Origin: a virus
Direction: 5' to 3' (one strand)
IMG/VR virus record: IMGVR_UViG_3300033075_001734
Span: 1-51,691 of that record
Length of the DNA: 51,691 bases
Shown here: one piece after another, positions 9,436 through 19,509 of the stretch
How positions within the stretch are numbered: position 1 is the first letter of the stretch
How the letters are laid out: each line of letters begins with the position of its first letter
Translations under genes and position numbers: made by a program
Notes under the pieces: model-generated
Databases searched by the model: none
What the model saw: the letters and a program-made list of their open reading frames with translations, nothing else
What the model was told of the DNA's origin: nothing

Positions 9436-10536
9436 ATGACTTCTTCTTTAAATCTTCTGCGTGAATATCTCAGATTGATTTTGATTTCTGAAGGTAAGGT
9501 CGAAGACCTCGCCAAGCAGAATCCCAATATTCCTGTCATAGATCTCGCTTCTTCAGATTCAACTCCGACAAAAAAGCTTCTTCCGTGGATGGTGAAACAA
9601 GTTTCCAAAGGTGCTGACGTGGAACACGTCAGATCTGTTGCTTCTCGTTTTGCAAAAGATGGTTCTAGACTCAAGAACAAAGACATAAACTCTTATTCTG
9701 AAATTGATGAATTGGAATCTGTGCTTGATGCACTCGGTGCATCAAAGCGTTCAGAAACAATTCAGGCAAAATCAGGTGCAGTTAAGATTTATGAAGACGA
9801 CGCCTGTACTGTTTTAAGAATCGACACAAAAGAAGCTGCACAACAATATGGAAAAGGCACCAAGTGGTGCATCACAATGGAGAAGCAACAACACTATGAA
9901 ATGTATAAAGCTTCAAACGTGTTGTTCTATTACGTTCTGAGAAAAGAACCACTGAGTGATGATCTTGATAAAGTTGCTCTTGCAGTGTCGAGAGATAAAG
10001 ATAACTTTATTCAAAAAATTCAGGCTTTTGATCAAGCTGATAAAGAAATGACGCCTGATGTTGTGAGTGCACAAGCACTCACAACAGTTAAATCCGATGT
10101 CAAGTCTCAACCAAAAGCCTTTCTTGCTAGAATAAAATCAGGTGATAAATACAGTGATGAGGAATTATTTAGCTATTGGGAAAACCTGGGAACAGAACAA
10201 AACAAAATTGCATTTCTGTGTTCTACAGATCTAATCAAAAAAGAAAAACTTCAGAAACTTCTTTCAGTTGAAAATGATGAAGAAATGAAAGAGATTCTTT
10301 CAGATATGATTTCTGGGAAAGCAGAGATTAAATCTGATTATGTTATATGGCGTAATTCAGCAGGACAACTTCATCGAGACAATGATCAGCCTGCAATAAT
10401 TTATTCTGACGGATCAAAAAAATGGTATCAAAATGGAAAACTGAACAGAGACAATGATCAACCTGCAATAATTTTTGCTGACGGATCAAAAAAATGGTAT
10501 CAAAATGGTCTTGAATATGTTCCTAAGAAAAAGTGA
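9436..10536 (+). CDS. Multicopy family protein, copy A (366 aa): N-terminal helical domain, conserved WCIT core, two C-terminal HRDNDQPA/WY-NG repeats
   Basis: It is one of five paralogs (copies A-E; A-D all lie within 9436..24622, E is at 43099..44802). The N-terminus is MTSSLNLLREYLRLILISEGKVEDLAKQNP. The core is SGAVKIYEDDACTVLRIDTKEAAQQYGKGTKWCITM...NVLFYYVLRKEP. The C-terminus carries the repeats QLHRDNDQPAIIYSDGSKKWYQNGKLNRDNDQPAIIFADGSKKWYQNG. Confidence 0.7.
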   Translation: MTSSLNLLREYLRLILISEGKVEDLAKQNPNIPVIDLASSDSTPTKKLLPWMVKQVSKGADVEHVRSVASRFAKDGSRLKNKDINSYSEIDELESVLDALGASKRSETIQAKSGAVKIYEDDACTVLRIDTKEAAQQYGKGTKWCITMEKQQHYEMYKASNVLFYYVLRKEPLSDDLDKVALAVSRDKDNFIQKIQAFDQADKEMTPDVVSAQALTTVKSDVKSQPKAFLARIKSGDKYSDEELFSYWENLGTEQNKIAFLCSTDLIKKEKLQKLLSVENDEEMKEILSDMISGKAEIKSDYVIWRNSAGQLHRDNDQPAIIYSDGSKKWYQNGKLNRDNDQPAIIFADGSKKWYQNGLEYVPKKK

Positions 10537-10586
10537 TAAATTTGCATTTTATTAATGTTATTTTCCTACATATCTTTTAGGAATAA

Positions 10587-13500
10587 ATGACTATTTCAAA
10601 AGAAGAACTATCTGAGCAACTATTAATTACGCAGAAAATGACGTCTGCTATCGAAATGATGGCAAAGTCAATGTCTAAGATTGAATCTTCTTATGACACA
10701 CAGATTGCCGCAGTTGAAAAATTAACAACTGCAATCGGTAAACTTAAAGGTGAAAACCTTGAAGAACTTGACAAAACAAAGTTCACAAATCTTCAATCTG
10801 AATTTGATAAAACTGAAAAAAATGTAACAAGTTTCTCAGAAAAATTACGTGAAGTTGGAATTAATGTTGGTACGAAGTTTGTTAAACACACGTCTATAGG
10901 CGTTGCTGCATTAAGTGGTTTCGGTAGAGGAATAATCAACATACTTGCATTAGGTAGAAGTACCGCGAGTTTTTTTGCAAGTTTTGTTGATGGCGCTTTA
11001 AGTATTGGCGCCGCGATTATTTCTATTCCATTCAAGATGTTCAATGGGCTTGTTGATATGGCTGCCGCAGCAGGAGGCGGGTCAAATGAGCTCGCGCTGG
11101 CGATTGAACATCTTCGCGACGAGATGGGTAACTTAAAAGAGTCAGGTTCAAAAGCCGTTCTTGATACTGCAAAAACATTTAAAAACTTTGGTGAAACAGG
11201 ACTAAGTGTTTGGCGTGTTTTTGGATCAGTTGCTGAAAGACTTGAAACAGTCATAAAAGTTGCAACTTCAATGGGAGCAACGTTTGGTGTTCTTAAAAAT
11301 GAATTCGTTGAAAACGGTGGTGCCTTATTGGCATATCAAAAAGGTCTTGGTGTTACTGACGAACAAATGAAAGGTCTTGGCGATACGGCACTTATGATGG
11401 GTAAACCAATGTCCCGTATATTTCTTGACATGACCAAACAAACCCTTGCCCTTGGAAAAGCGTTTGATATCGATCAAAAACTTATCGGCAAAGATATGAC
11501 GAAAGCGCTTATCGATGTTGGACATTTTGGTGGCGCTACTGTTAAACAAATTGGTGTTGCGTCTGTTTATGCTCGTAAATTGGGTCTTGAACTTGATAAA
11601 ATCGTTGGAACGCTTGATTCATTTGAAACATTTGATTCTGCCGCTGAAAATGCTGCAAAATTATCACAGGCTTTCGGCGTATCAATTGATGCTTTCAAAA
11701 TGATGGAAGCACAAAGTCCTGCAGATCAACTCGATATGTTGCGAACATCATTTAGAAACGCAGGAGTTGATGCTTCAACATTTTCAAGACAACAATTAAA
11801 ACTACTTTCAACTTCAACCGGGTTGAGCGCCGAAACAGTTAAACAAGCATTTTCAGCAAAAAACTATGGAACTTCACTTGATTCAGTAAACAAAAAAGCA
11901 GATGCAGCCGAAAAGAAAACAATGTCTCAAGCTGAGGCAATGAACCAACTTGCTGACAGCATTAAACGTTTAACGCCTTCGGGAGGATCTCAACTTGGTG
12001 GTTTCTGGGAAACATTTGTTCACGGTTTCATGGGTGGTGTTCAAGCAACAAAAGAATTCCGTGACATAATCTGGAATATTAAAAGAAGTTTAAGAGAAAC
12101 AGAACTTCAAGGCGTCAGATTAGGCCGGGCATTTGTTGCAGCATTTCCTGGTATGAAAGAGTTCTTGGGTGGAATTGGTGATTTCTTTAAACCCGCAAAA
12201 TTTAAATCACTTGCGTCAGGAGTTGTTGATGTTTTTATTAACTTCATGGAAAAGTTAAAAAGTGGTCCTGCGTCTTTTGGTGATCTTATGAAATCACTGC
12301 AAGATCAGTTCTTTAAATTCTTTGATGCATCATCACCAGCTAGTCAAAAAATGATGGAAGGATTTAAGACTGTTTTAAGAACTATTTCAAGTATAGTGTC
12401 GCAAGGTATTGTTTGGGTCTCAACGAAAATTGCTGATGGTGTTGATTTTATATCTGATGTGTTAAGTGGAAATGTTGATTTAGGTAAACTGAGTAATTCT
12501 GGCTCAGAAGGTCTTGGTTTTATTTGGAACATTTTGGAACCCATGATTAAATCACTTGGAAAGGCTTGGGATCTATTATATCCAGCACTTAAGCATCTTT
12601 TTTCAATTGCCCTTACAAAATTATGGACATTCTTAAAATCTGACACAGTAACTGGGCCTTTAAAAGAATATGCACCCCACATTGCCGCTATATTGTTTGG
12701 ACCAGCATTATTACGTGCTCTTATGGCTTCAGGTGGTTGGGCATTAGGAGAAGCAGCAAAAGGCTTATTTTCTAAGGGTTCAAGCATTATGAAAGGCGTT
12801 GCAGATAAAGCCGAGAAAATGAATGAAGCCGGATCTACGCTTAAGAAAGCATCAAAAGGAAGTGATGCAGCTGAAGGAATTTCAAATGCTGCAAAATCTT
12901 CAAAAGCAGCAACTGAACTTGATAAATCTTCAAAATGGGGTGTCGAAGAGGCTGCAAAATTAGGTCTTAAACTTATTGCAATGGCTGGTGCTCTTTCATT
13001 AGGTGGAATAATGATGGCCTATGCGGTTGTTAAAATGTATGACGTGTTAAAATCGGGAGGAATCGTATCGTATAAAGACGCTGCTGCTCCATTATTGGTT
13101 TTGGGAGCAATGGTAACTGCTGCTGTTCCATTAATGTTTGCACTTAAGATTGCAGCAAATGCTGGAAGTCCTAGCGAAGTTGCAAAAGGCGGCGCGCTAA
13201 TTGCTTCAGGATTGTTAATCGTAGGTGGTGTTGGATCAATGCTAACTTATGTTTTGAACCAAGTTGGATCACCTGCAGAATTAAGTGCAGCTGGCAAAAT
13301 GATGGGAATGATGACGCTTGTGTTTCTTGGTATGGTTCCTTTGGTTTTAGGAGCGATGGCCGTCGGCGCAGTCGTTTCTGCTTCGGGTGGAACTGCCCTT
13401 GCGGCGGCAGCAGTTGGTATGGCGACAATGGGAACTGCCGTTGGGGCAGTTGCGACATTGGCGACAGTAATAATTGCTGAACTTAGAGGTATGACAATTG

Positions 13501-14903
13501 AAGCTGGATTTCAGACGAAGATTGATGCATTTTTAAGTATCATGAAAACTATACAGACATTTTCTGATACGCTTGTAAGTCTTGTAAGTTTAATGACACC
13601 ATCAATTGCCGAATTGGTATCAGGAAAAACAAAGACATTTACTGAAAAGGTAAATGCAACCATTGATATGATGAAGGAGATGATTGGTGTTTCAAATACG
13701 GGAACTGGTATCATCGGAATTGTTGAAACTGTTGTAACACAAATTAAGTCATTGTCTTCATATGCCGGAATTGGTGAATCAGCAAAAATCTTTGCTGATG
13801 TTTTAACTGCCGTGTCATCAATTATGCAATACATGACACCTAATCCTGAATTCATGAAAGCGCAAACAAGTTTATTAGGAATTGCAAGCAAACATCTTTT
13901 TGGTGATGATGTTGCAAAGTCAACAACTGATTATGTTAAGTTAATGACTACAACTGTTAAACCGATTATGAACAGTGTAATCGAATCAATGAAAGAACTG
14001 TTGAGTATATCTGTTCCTGATGTTACAAAAGCTCAAGCTCTCGGGAATTTATTAAATACGGTTTCAGGAATTATGAAAGGCATTATGCCTGATCCTGCAT
14101 CATTAAAAGCATTTTCAACAACAGCAAAAGCAGGTATCGGACCGATTGGAACAGAAATAGGTTCACTTGACGCTAGTGGTCTTGCAACGTTTATAGGATC
14201 ATATGCAGAAAAACTTGGAACTTTAATCCCAGCTCTAACGAGTGGAATATTAAACGGGTTAGCGAATAGTGTTGGTTCGTTTGATAAGTCAAAGATTGAA
14301 AGTCTTACAAAGACAGCTGATATATTAACTTCAACGGCAAATTTCATTAAATCAATATCTGACATAAGTAAAATGGACTTTTCAACAAGCAATGAATCAG
14401 AAACTGTAATTCAAAGAATGGTAACATCAATTGATAAAATCATAAGTGAAGAATCAATGAAAGGTATATTTGAAACTTCGGGAAGAATTTCGAAGTACGG
14501 CGTAGCTTTAGGCGCAATTGGAAAAACAATTACGAATAATGGTATAGTTCAAGCCCTCGCCGCCGTGGGAGATATGGTTAAACAAACGCAAATGCTTGAT
14601 GATGCATTAAACGCAGGAACTGAAATTAACGTCGATGCAAAACTTCAGAAACTTGCTCAAGTTACAGGAATTGGTGGAAAGTTTGCGTATACTGTCCAGA
14701 GCAAGGAAGTTGTCATAAATCTTAACATGCAAATTTTCATGGACGTCGCTGAAACAGAAAAAGTTCTTATCATGAACAAAAAATCAATTATTCGTGACAG
14801 ACTTAATTTTGCAACTAATACACCTAATGAAAAAGGACAAAATGTAATTCCTGAAGAGTATCAAAAAATCTTGCCTAATGTTAAACCCGATGGAGCTCCA
14901 TAA
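10587..14903 (+). CDS. Tail tape measure protein (1438 aa)
   Basis: It is very long, with a coiled-coil N-terminus and a central run of Gly/Ala-rich hydrophobic segments (LIAMAGALSLGGIMMAYAVV, MMGMMTLVFLGMVPLVLGAMAVGAVV ...) typical of tape measure proteins. It lies downstream of the chaperone-like region of a contractile-tail module. Confidence 0.65.
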   Translation: MTISKEELSEQLLITQKMTSAIEMMAKSMSKIESSYDTQIAAVEKLTTAIGKLKGENLEELDKTKFTNLQSEFDKTEKNVTSFSEKLREVGINVGTKFVKHTSIGVAALSGFGRGIINILALGRSTASFFASFVDGALSIGAAIISIPFKMFNGLVDMAAAAGGGSNELALAIEHLRDEMGNLKESGSKAVLDTAKTFKNFGETGLSVWRVFGSVAERLETVIKVATSMGATFGVLKNEFVENGGALLAYQKGLGVTDEQMKGLGDTALMMGKPMSRIFLDMTKQTLALGKAFDIDQKLIGKDMTKALIDVGHFGGATVKQIGVASVYARKLGLELDKIVGTLDSFETFDSAAENAAKLSQAFGVSIDAFKMMEAQSPADQLDMLRTSFRNAGVDASTFSRQQLKLLSTSTGLSAETVKQAFSAKNYGTSLDSVNKKADAAEKKTMSQAEAMNQLADSIKRLTPSGGSQLGGFWETFVHGFMGGVQATKEFRDIIWNIKRSLRETELQGVRLGRAFVAAFPGMKEFLGGIGDFFKPAKFKSLASGVVDVFINFMEKLKSGPASFGDLMKSLQDQFFKFFDASSPASQKMMEGFKTVLRTISSIVSQGIVWVSTKIADGVDFISDVLSGNVDLGKLSNSGSEGLGFIWNILEPMIKSLGKAWDLLYPALKHLFSIALTKLWTFLKSDTVTGPLKEYAPHIAAILFGPALLRALMASGGWALGEAAKGLFSKGSSIMKGVADKAEKMNEAGSTLKKASKGSDAAEGISNAAKSSKAATELDKSSKWGVEEAAKLGLKLIAMAGALSLGGIMMAYAVVKMYDVLKSGGIVSYKDAAAPLLVLGAMVTAAVPLMFALKIAANAGSPSEVAKGGALIASGLLIVGGVGSMLTYVLNQVGSPAELSAAGKMMGMMTLVFLGMVPLVLGAMAVGAVVSASGGTALAAAAVGMATMGTAVGAVATLATVIIAELRGMTIEAGFQTKIDAFLSIMKTIQTFSDTLVSLVSLMTPSIAELVSGKTKTFTEKVNATIDMMKEMIGVSNTGTGIIGIVETVVTQIKSLSSYAGIGESAKIFADVLTAVSSIMQYMTPNPEFMKAQTSLLGIASKHLFGDDVAKSTTDYVKLMTTTVKPIMNSVIESMKELLSISVPDVTKAQALGNLLNTVSGIMKGIMPDPASLKAFSTTAKAGIGPIGTEIGSLDASGLATFIGSYAEKLGTLIPALTSGILNGLANSVGSFDKSKIESLTKTADILTSTANFIKSISDISKMDFSTSNESETVIQRMVTSIDKIISEESMKGIFETSGRISKYGVALGAIGKTITNNGIVQALAAVGDMVKQTQMLDDALNAGTEINVDAKLQKLAQVTGIGGKFAYTVQSKEVVINLNMQIFMDVAETEKVLIMNKKSIIRDRLNFATNTPNEKGQNVIPEEYQKILPNVKPDGAP

Positions 14904-14911
14904 TTACTTTC

Positions 14912-16090
14912 ATGACTTCTTCTTTAAATCTTCTTCAAGAATATCTCAGATTGATTTTGATTTCTGAAGGCAAGGTCGAAGACCTTGCTAAACAGAATCC
15001 CAATGTTCCTGTCATAGATCTCGCTTCTTCAGATTTAACTCCGACAAAAAAGCTTCTTCCGTGGATGGTGAAACAAGTTTCCAAAGGTGCTGACGTGGAA
15101 CACGTCAGATCTGTTGCTTCTCGTTTTGCAAAAGATGGTTCTAGACTCAAGAACAAAGACATAAACTCTTATTCTGAAATTGATGAATTGGAATCTGCGC
15201 TTGATTCTTTGGGAGCGTCAAAACGCTCTCAGGAAATTCAGGCAAAATCAGGTGCAGTTAAGATCTATGAAGACGACGCATGCGTCGTCTTAAGAATTGA
15301 CACAAAAGAAGCTGCTCAACAGTATGGAAAAGGCACCAAGTGGTGCATCACAATGGGGAGGCAACAACACTATGAAGAGTACAAAGCTTCAAACGTGTTG
15401 TTCTATTACGTTCTGAGAAAAGAACCACTGAGTGATGATCTTGACAAAGTTGCTCTTGCAGTAATGAGAGATGAAAAAAACGTTGTGAAACAAGTTCAGG
15501 CTTTTAATCAAGCTGATAAAAAAATGACACCTGAAAATGCGAGTGTGAGTGCACAAGCACTCACAGCAGTTAAATCAGATGTCAAGTCTCAACCAAAAGC
15601 CTTTCTTGCTAGAATAAAGTCGGGTGATAAATACAGTGATGAGGAATTGTTTAGCTATTGGGAAAACCTGGGAACAGAACAGAACAAACTTTCATTTCTG
15701 TGTTCTGAACAGTTAAACGAAAAAGATACGCTTCGAAAACTTCTTCAGGTTGAATCTGACAAAAAAATGAAAGAAATTCTTTCAGATATGATTTCTGGGA
15801 AAGCAGTTTCTTTTTATGATGGAATTAAATGGAAAAATAAAAACGGTCAACTACACAGAGACAATGATCAACCTGCAGTGATTTATTCTGACGGATCAAA
15901 AGTTTGGTATCAAAATGGTCAACGTCATCGAGACAATGATAAGCCTGCAATGATTTATGCTGATGGATCAAAAGAATGGTATCGAAATGATCTACTTCAT
16001 CGAGATAATGATCAACCTGCAGTGATTTATGATGATGGAACAAAAGAATGGTATCGAAATGGTCTTAAATACGTTCCTAAGAAAAAATGA
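14912..16090 (+). CDS. Multicopy family protein, copy B (392 aa), four C-terminal repeats
   Basis: It has the same N-terminal and core sequence as copy A, with four HRDNDxPA...WY.NG repeats. Its ATG is 8 nt after the tape-measure stop, within the shared 'TAATTACTTTC-ATG' junction. Confidence 0.7.
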   Translation: MTSSLNLLQEYLRLILISEGKVEDLAKQNPNVPVIDLASSDLTPTKKLLPWMVKQVSKGADVEHVRSVASRFAKDGSRLKNKDINSYSEIDELESALDSLGASKRSQEIQAKSGAVKIYEDDACVVLRIDTKEAAQQYGKGTKWCITMGRQQHYEEYKASNVLFYYVLRKEPLSDDLDKVALAVMRDEKNVVKQVQAFNQADKKMTPENASVSAQALTAVKSDVKSQPKAFLARIKSGDKYSDEELFSYWENLGTEQNKLSFLCSEQLNEKDTLRKLLQVESDKKMKEILSDMISGKAVSFYDGIKWKNKNGQLHRDNDQPAVIYSDGSKVWYQNGQRHRDNDKPAMIYADGSKEWYRNDLLHRDNDQPAVIYDDGTKEWYRNGLKYVPKKK

Positions 16091-16150
16091 TAAGTAAACA
16101 ATAGGAATTTATATGAAAGATAAGAATCGTTAATTAATTGAAAGTATATA

Positions 16151-19100
16151 ATGTCAGGTACAAAAACAGGAACAGGCGGGTTTGAAATTGATAACAAAAC
16201 GTACAGTTTTGATCCTGGTGATCCGTCTTCACCTGGACAAGAACCGATACAAACAGATCGTGGCGATATAATTGTTGATCATACTCCTAAAGATCTTGGA
16301 AAGAAAACTCGTGCAACGCTTGGGAAATATTTAAGCGATGTAACAAAAGGTGAAGCTGGTTCTAACACACGAAGATCAAACACTTTTACCGTGGATCCTC
16401 CAAGATCATCTGAGCAACCTGATGAAATAATGTTATCTGACGACAAGGGAAATCCTATTAAATTAACGCCATCACCAAATTCATCACAGTTTTCAAGAGA
16501 ATCTGCCGAACATGATAATCGGGGGGTTGTTTTTGATTCACCTGATTTAAAGTCATGGTCTCAAACAATTTCCAATCCAAGAACTGAAATTCACGATAAA
16601 AACATTAGTGGACATACACTTTTACCCAGCGTGGGAAAAGACAAAGTTCCAGCTCCAATTGAATCGTATAGAAAGACAGTTTTAAGAGCAAATCGTTTTT
16701 CTTCAGTAGATCGCATGTCAAATGACAAGACATATAAAATCAAAGGAAGAACTTATAATGGAGCACAATTAAAACAAGTCGGCGCTATGCTTTCGCTCCG
16801 TGGAAGTCAAGAATTTCCAGCCGCGTTTAATGACAGTGTAAATCCTGTTAACGCTGGTTCTGTTGCCGGTGCAATTCTTCCAAGCCCTAATCAATTGGGA
16901 ATTCTTAAGGTTCCAAATAAATTATTACAAACTCAAGACGCTCTTGAGCATCTTGCAAATACAACAGACGAACCAATTGAACTTGAAATAGCTCCTTTGG
17001 GAAATCAATCTTGGGGAGCATTAAATAACGTTGAAGAACCTTTTGCTGGTGTTTTGAACGTCGGTATGATTGCGATGGCTCTCGCAATGCAAGCTGCAAT
17101 GATGTTAGCGTTTAAAGGTTTGGGATCTTTGATCGGATTAATGGGAAATTCAAAAGTACCTGTGAGTTCAACAAAAGATTATGCCGGAAGATATACATTG
17201 GGTGAATATTTAACTTCTCCCAATAAAGGAAAAAGTGGATTAAGTTTCCCACCAAATTTAGCTTTATTATTGGGTCTAAAAGGAACACGACATCCGTTTG
17301 ATTCTGCTTTAGATGCAGGTGCTAAAGCATTTTTTATGGGAGGAAAAACAACTACAGAAACACTTTCTTCTGCACTGTCTGATGCACTTTCAGATTCAAC
17401 TTCAGCGGGTCATTTAATTATTGTTTCACGTCTTATCATAAGAACTGGTCAATCTGTTGCGAGTGACATATCAAAAATAGGAAAAGCATTTGCATCAAAT
17501 CCTGTTAGTGGGATTAAGAGCGTTGTTAGTTTATTAGCAAATATACGTAAATCTAAGTTAATTGTAGCGATGAACTTATTTGCTACGTTAGGTGACGTTA
17601 TTTTAAGCGAATCAGATTGGGAAAAAGATCCTGAAGGTCGTGGCTCACCAATGGATGCATTCGAAGACAGCTCGCCGGGAGCTTCTATATCTAAAAACAG
17701 ATTAAAAAACAAACTCAAATTAGCGTGGGCATCGAACAGATCGCCGGCGATGTATCTTATTCCAGATTCTCTTGCGTCAATGAGTGTCACCGATACTCAT
17801 TTAGGTGGATTTAAAGGTGCTTTAGGAATTCATGATCCTGATACGAAATCAAACATTATCGTTCAAAGTATGAATGATAAAGAAAATGGCACAAGGATTG
17901 CAAGGAACTCAAAGAAACCTGATCAAATTGATGTTGTAAAAATGGAGGCATTACTTGAATCTGAATATATGCCATTTTATTTTCATGATTTACGAACGAA
18001 TGAAATCATTTCATTTCATGCATTTATGGCATCTTTGTCTGATGATTTTACGCCGACCTGGGAAAATGTAGAAGGTTTTGGTCGTGTTGAACCTGTGAAA
18101 ATTTACAAAGGAACACAACGTAAAATTGGAATGAGTTTTTATGTTGTTTCAACGAGCGAAGAAGACTTTGATGAAATGTGGGTAAAAATAAATAAACTTG
18201 TTACGCTCATTTATCCACAATATACCAAAGGAAGAACACTTCAAAGCGAAGATTCAAAATACAAATTTACACAACCCTTTAGTCAACTTGTGGGTGCAAG
18301 TCCACTCATAAGAATTCGTCTTGGTGATCTGTTTAAATCAAATTATTCTAGATTTGCGCTTGCTAGATTATTTGGTGCAGCAGATAACGATATGAAACTT
18401 AATGATCAAAATATAAAATTTGAAGGTGTAACAAAAGAAGATTTAGATAAGGTTGTTAATGACGCAAAAGCAAACCCCACTACAGTATATAAACTTAGCT
18501 TCGGTGGTTGGAAAAGACAAGAAGATGGGCCTGGTTCTTCTGAACCTCCTTATGCAGAAACGCTTAACGTTGATTATGGTGATTTACATTATTTTAATTT
18601 CAAAATAGTTAAACAATCGGCAATTAAATCACCAACTAACTTAAGTGGTTCTGATGTTATTGTAGAAACATTTTTAATGACGCCTGATGATATGATTAGA
18701 GAATTTGGTTATGATAAAAAGGAAGCGTCAAAAAATCATTATAGGTTGGGTTATAAATACGGTTTTTCCGGAAATCCAAAAACTAGAGTTATATCCGCAA
18801 AATATATTGTTCCTCGAGGTGCATTAGTACCTGATAGAAATTCATTAAACGTTGCGTTTGCAGCAAACAACAAAATAAACCAAAATAAAACGAACATTGA
18901 TGAACTTTCAAAATTTTTAAGCGAAAAAAATGCCCTTGTTAAATCGTTCAGTTCAGTTCAAGGTAAAGGTTTGGCAGGAGTAATTGATTCATTGAATTTT
19001 GATTGGTATGATAAAATTACATGGGAAATAAAACCTGGCAGCAAAGCGCCTAAAATGTGTAAAATAACTCTTGGATTTTCTCCTGTTCATGATATTTCAC

Positions 19101-19198
19101 CGGGAATTGATCATTTTGGCTATAACAGAGCACCTGTGTATAACGTCGGTGGTCTTATGGGTCAAGGATATGACAGTGATGGGAAGAAAGAAGAGTAA
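16151..19198 (+). CDS. Large putative tail/baseplate structural protein (1015 aa)
   Basis: The call rests on position (immediately after the tape measure region in a tail module) and size. No motif was recognised. Confidence 0.3.
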   Translation: MSGTKTGTGGFEIDNKTYSFDPGDPSSPGQEPIQTDRGDIIVDHTPKDLGKKTRATLGKYLSDVTKGEAGSNTRRSNTFTVDPPRSSEQPDEIMLSDDKGNPIKLTPSPNSSQFSRESAEHDNRGVVFDSPDLKSWSQTISNPRTEIHDKNISGHTLLPSVGKDKVPAPIESYRKTVLRANRFSSVDRMSNDKTYKIKGRTYNGAQLKQVGAMLSLRGSQEFPAAFNDSVNPVNAGSVAGAILPSPNQLGILKVPNKLLQTQDALEHLANTTDEPIELEIAPLGNQSWGALNNVEEPFAGVLNVGMIAMALAMQAAMMLAFKGLGSLIGLMGNSKVPVSSTKDYAGRYTLGEYLTSPNKGKSGLSFPPNLALLLGLKGTRHPFDSALDAGAKAFFMGGKTTTETLSSALSDALSDSTSAGHLIIVSRLIIRTGQSVASDISKIGKAFASNPVSGIKSVVSLLANIRKSKLIVAMNLFATLGDVILSESDWEKDPEGRGSPMDAFEDSSPGASISKNRLKNKLKLAWASNRSPAMYLIPDSLASMSVTDTHLGGFKGALGIHDPDTKSNIIVQSMNDKENGTRIARNSKKPDQIDVVKMEALLESEYMPFYFHDLRTNEIISFHAFMASLSDDFTPTWENVEGFGRVEPVKIYKGTQRKIGMSFYVVSTSEEDFDEMWVKINKLVTLIYPQYTKGRTLQSEDSKYKFTQPFSQLVGASPLIRIRLGDLFKSNYSRFALARLFGAADNDMKLNDQNIKFEGVTKEDLDKVVNDAKANPTTVYKLSFGGWKRQEDGPGSSEPPYAETLNVDYGDLHYFNFKIVKQSAIKSPTNLSGSDVIVETFLMTPDDMIREFGYDKKEASKNHYRLGYKYGFSGNPKTRVISAKYIVPRGALVPDRNSLNVAFAANNKINQNKTNIDELSKFLSEKNALVKSFSSVQGKGLAGVIDSLNFDWYDKITWEIKPGSKAPKMCKITLGFSPVHDISPGIDHFGYNRAPVYNVGGLMGQGYDSDGKKEE

Positions 19199-19203
19199 TT
19201 CTA

Positions 19204-19497
19204 ATGGCATTCAGTAGATACACAAAAACACCTAAACTCAATTTCGGCGCCCAAGTGGGAACTTCAAACATAATTCCTATTATGCGAGCCGCGATTAAAA
19301 ATGGGTCACTTCCAGTGAAAATAACCATACTTCGGGGCGCAGAAAGACTTGATACAATGGCTGGCTCAATTTATGGTGATTCTCGTTATTGGTGGATTCT
19401 TGCTGCATCAAGTGATATAGGTTGGGGGTTACAAGTTCCTGCTGGGACTATAATTAAGATTCCCGATTTATCTGACGTAATATCGTTGACTAGTTAA
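19204..19497 (+). CDS. Phage tail protein X-like / LysM-like small protein (97 aa)
   Basis: The segment ITILRGAERLDTMAGSIYGDSRYWWILAASSDIGWGLQVPAGTIIKIP fits the P2 gpX/LysM pattern (GDTL...YGD..W..I..AN.L....L..G..L.IP). Its context is baseplate-like. Confidence 0.45.
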   Translation: MAFSRYTKTPKLNFGAQVGTSNIIPIMRAAIKNGSLPVKITILRGAERLDTMAGSIYGDSRYWWILAASSDIGWGLQVPAGTIIKIPDLSDVISLTS

Positions 19498-19509
19498 TAA
19501 TTACTTTCA

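Noticed and set aside
9339-9686. Minus-strand ORFs (9339..9686, 14935..15162, 19533..19760) beginning MSLFLSLEPSFAKREATDL, repeated three times
   Set aside because: They lie antisense to the N-terminal segments of family copies A, B and C that are near-identical at nucleotide level. Their recurrence is a by-product of that DNA conservation, not independent evidence of coding. The sense frame is the long, motif-rich one.
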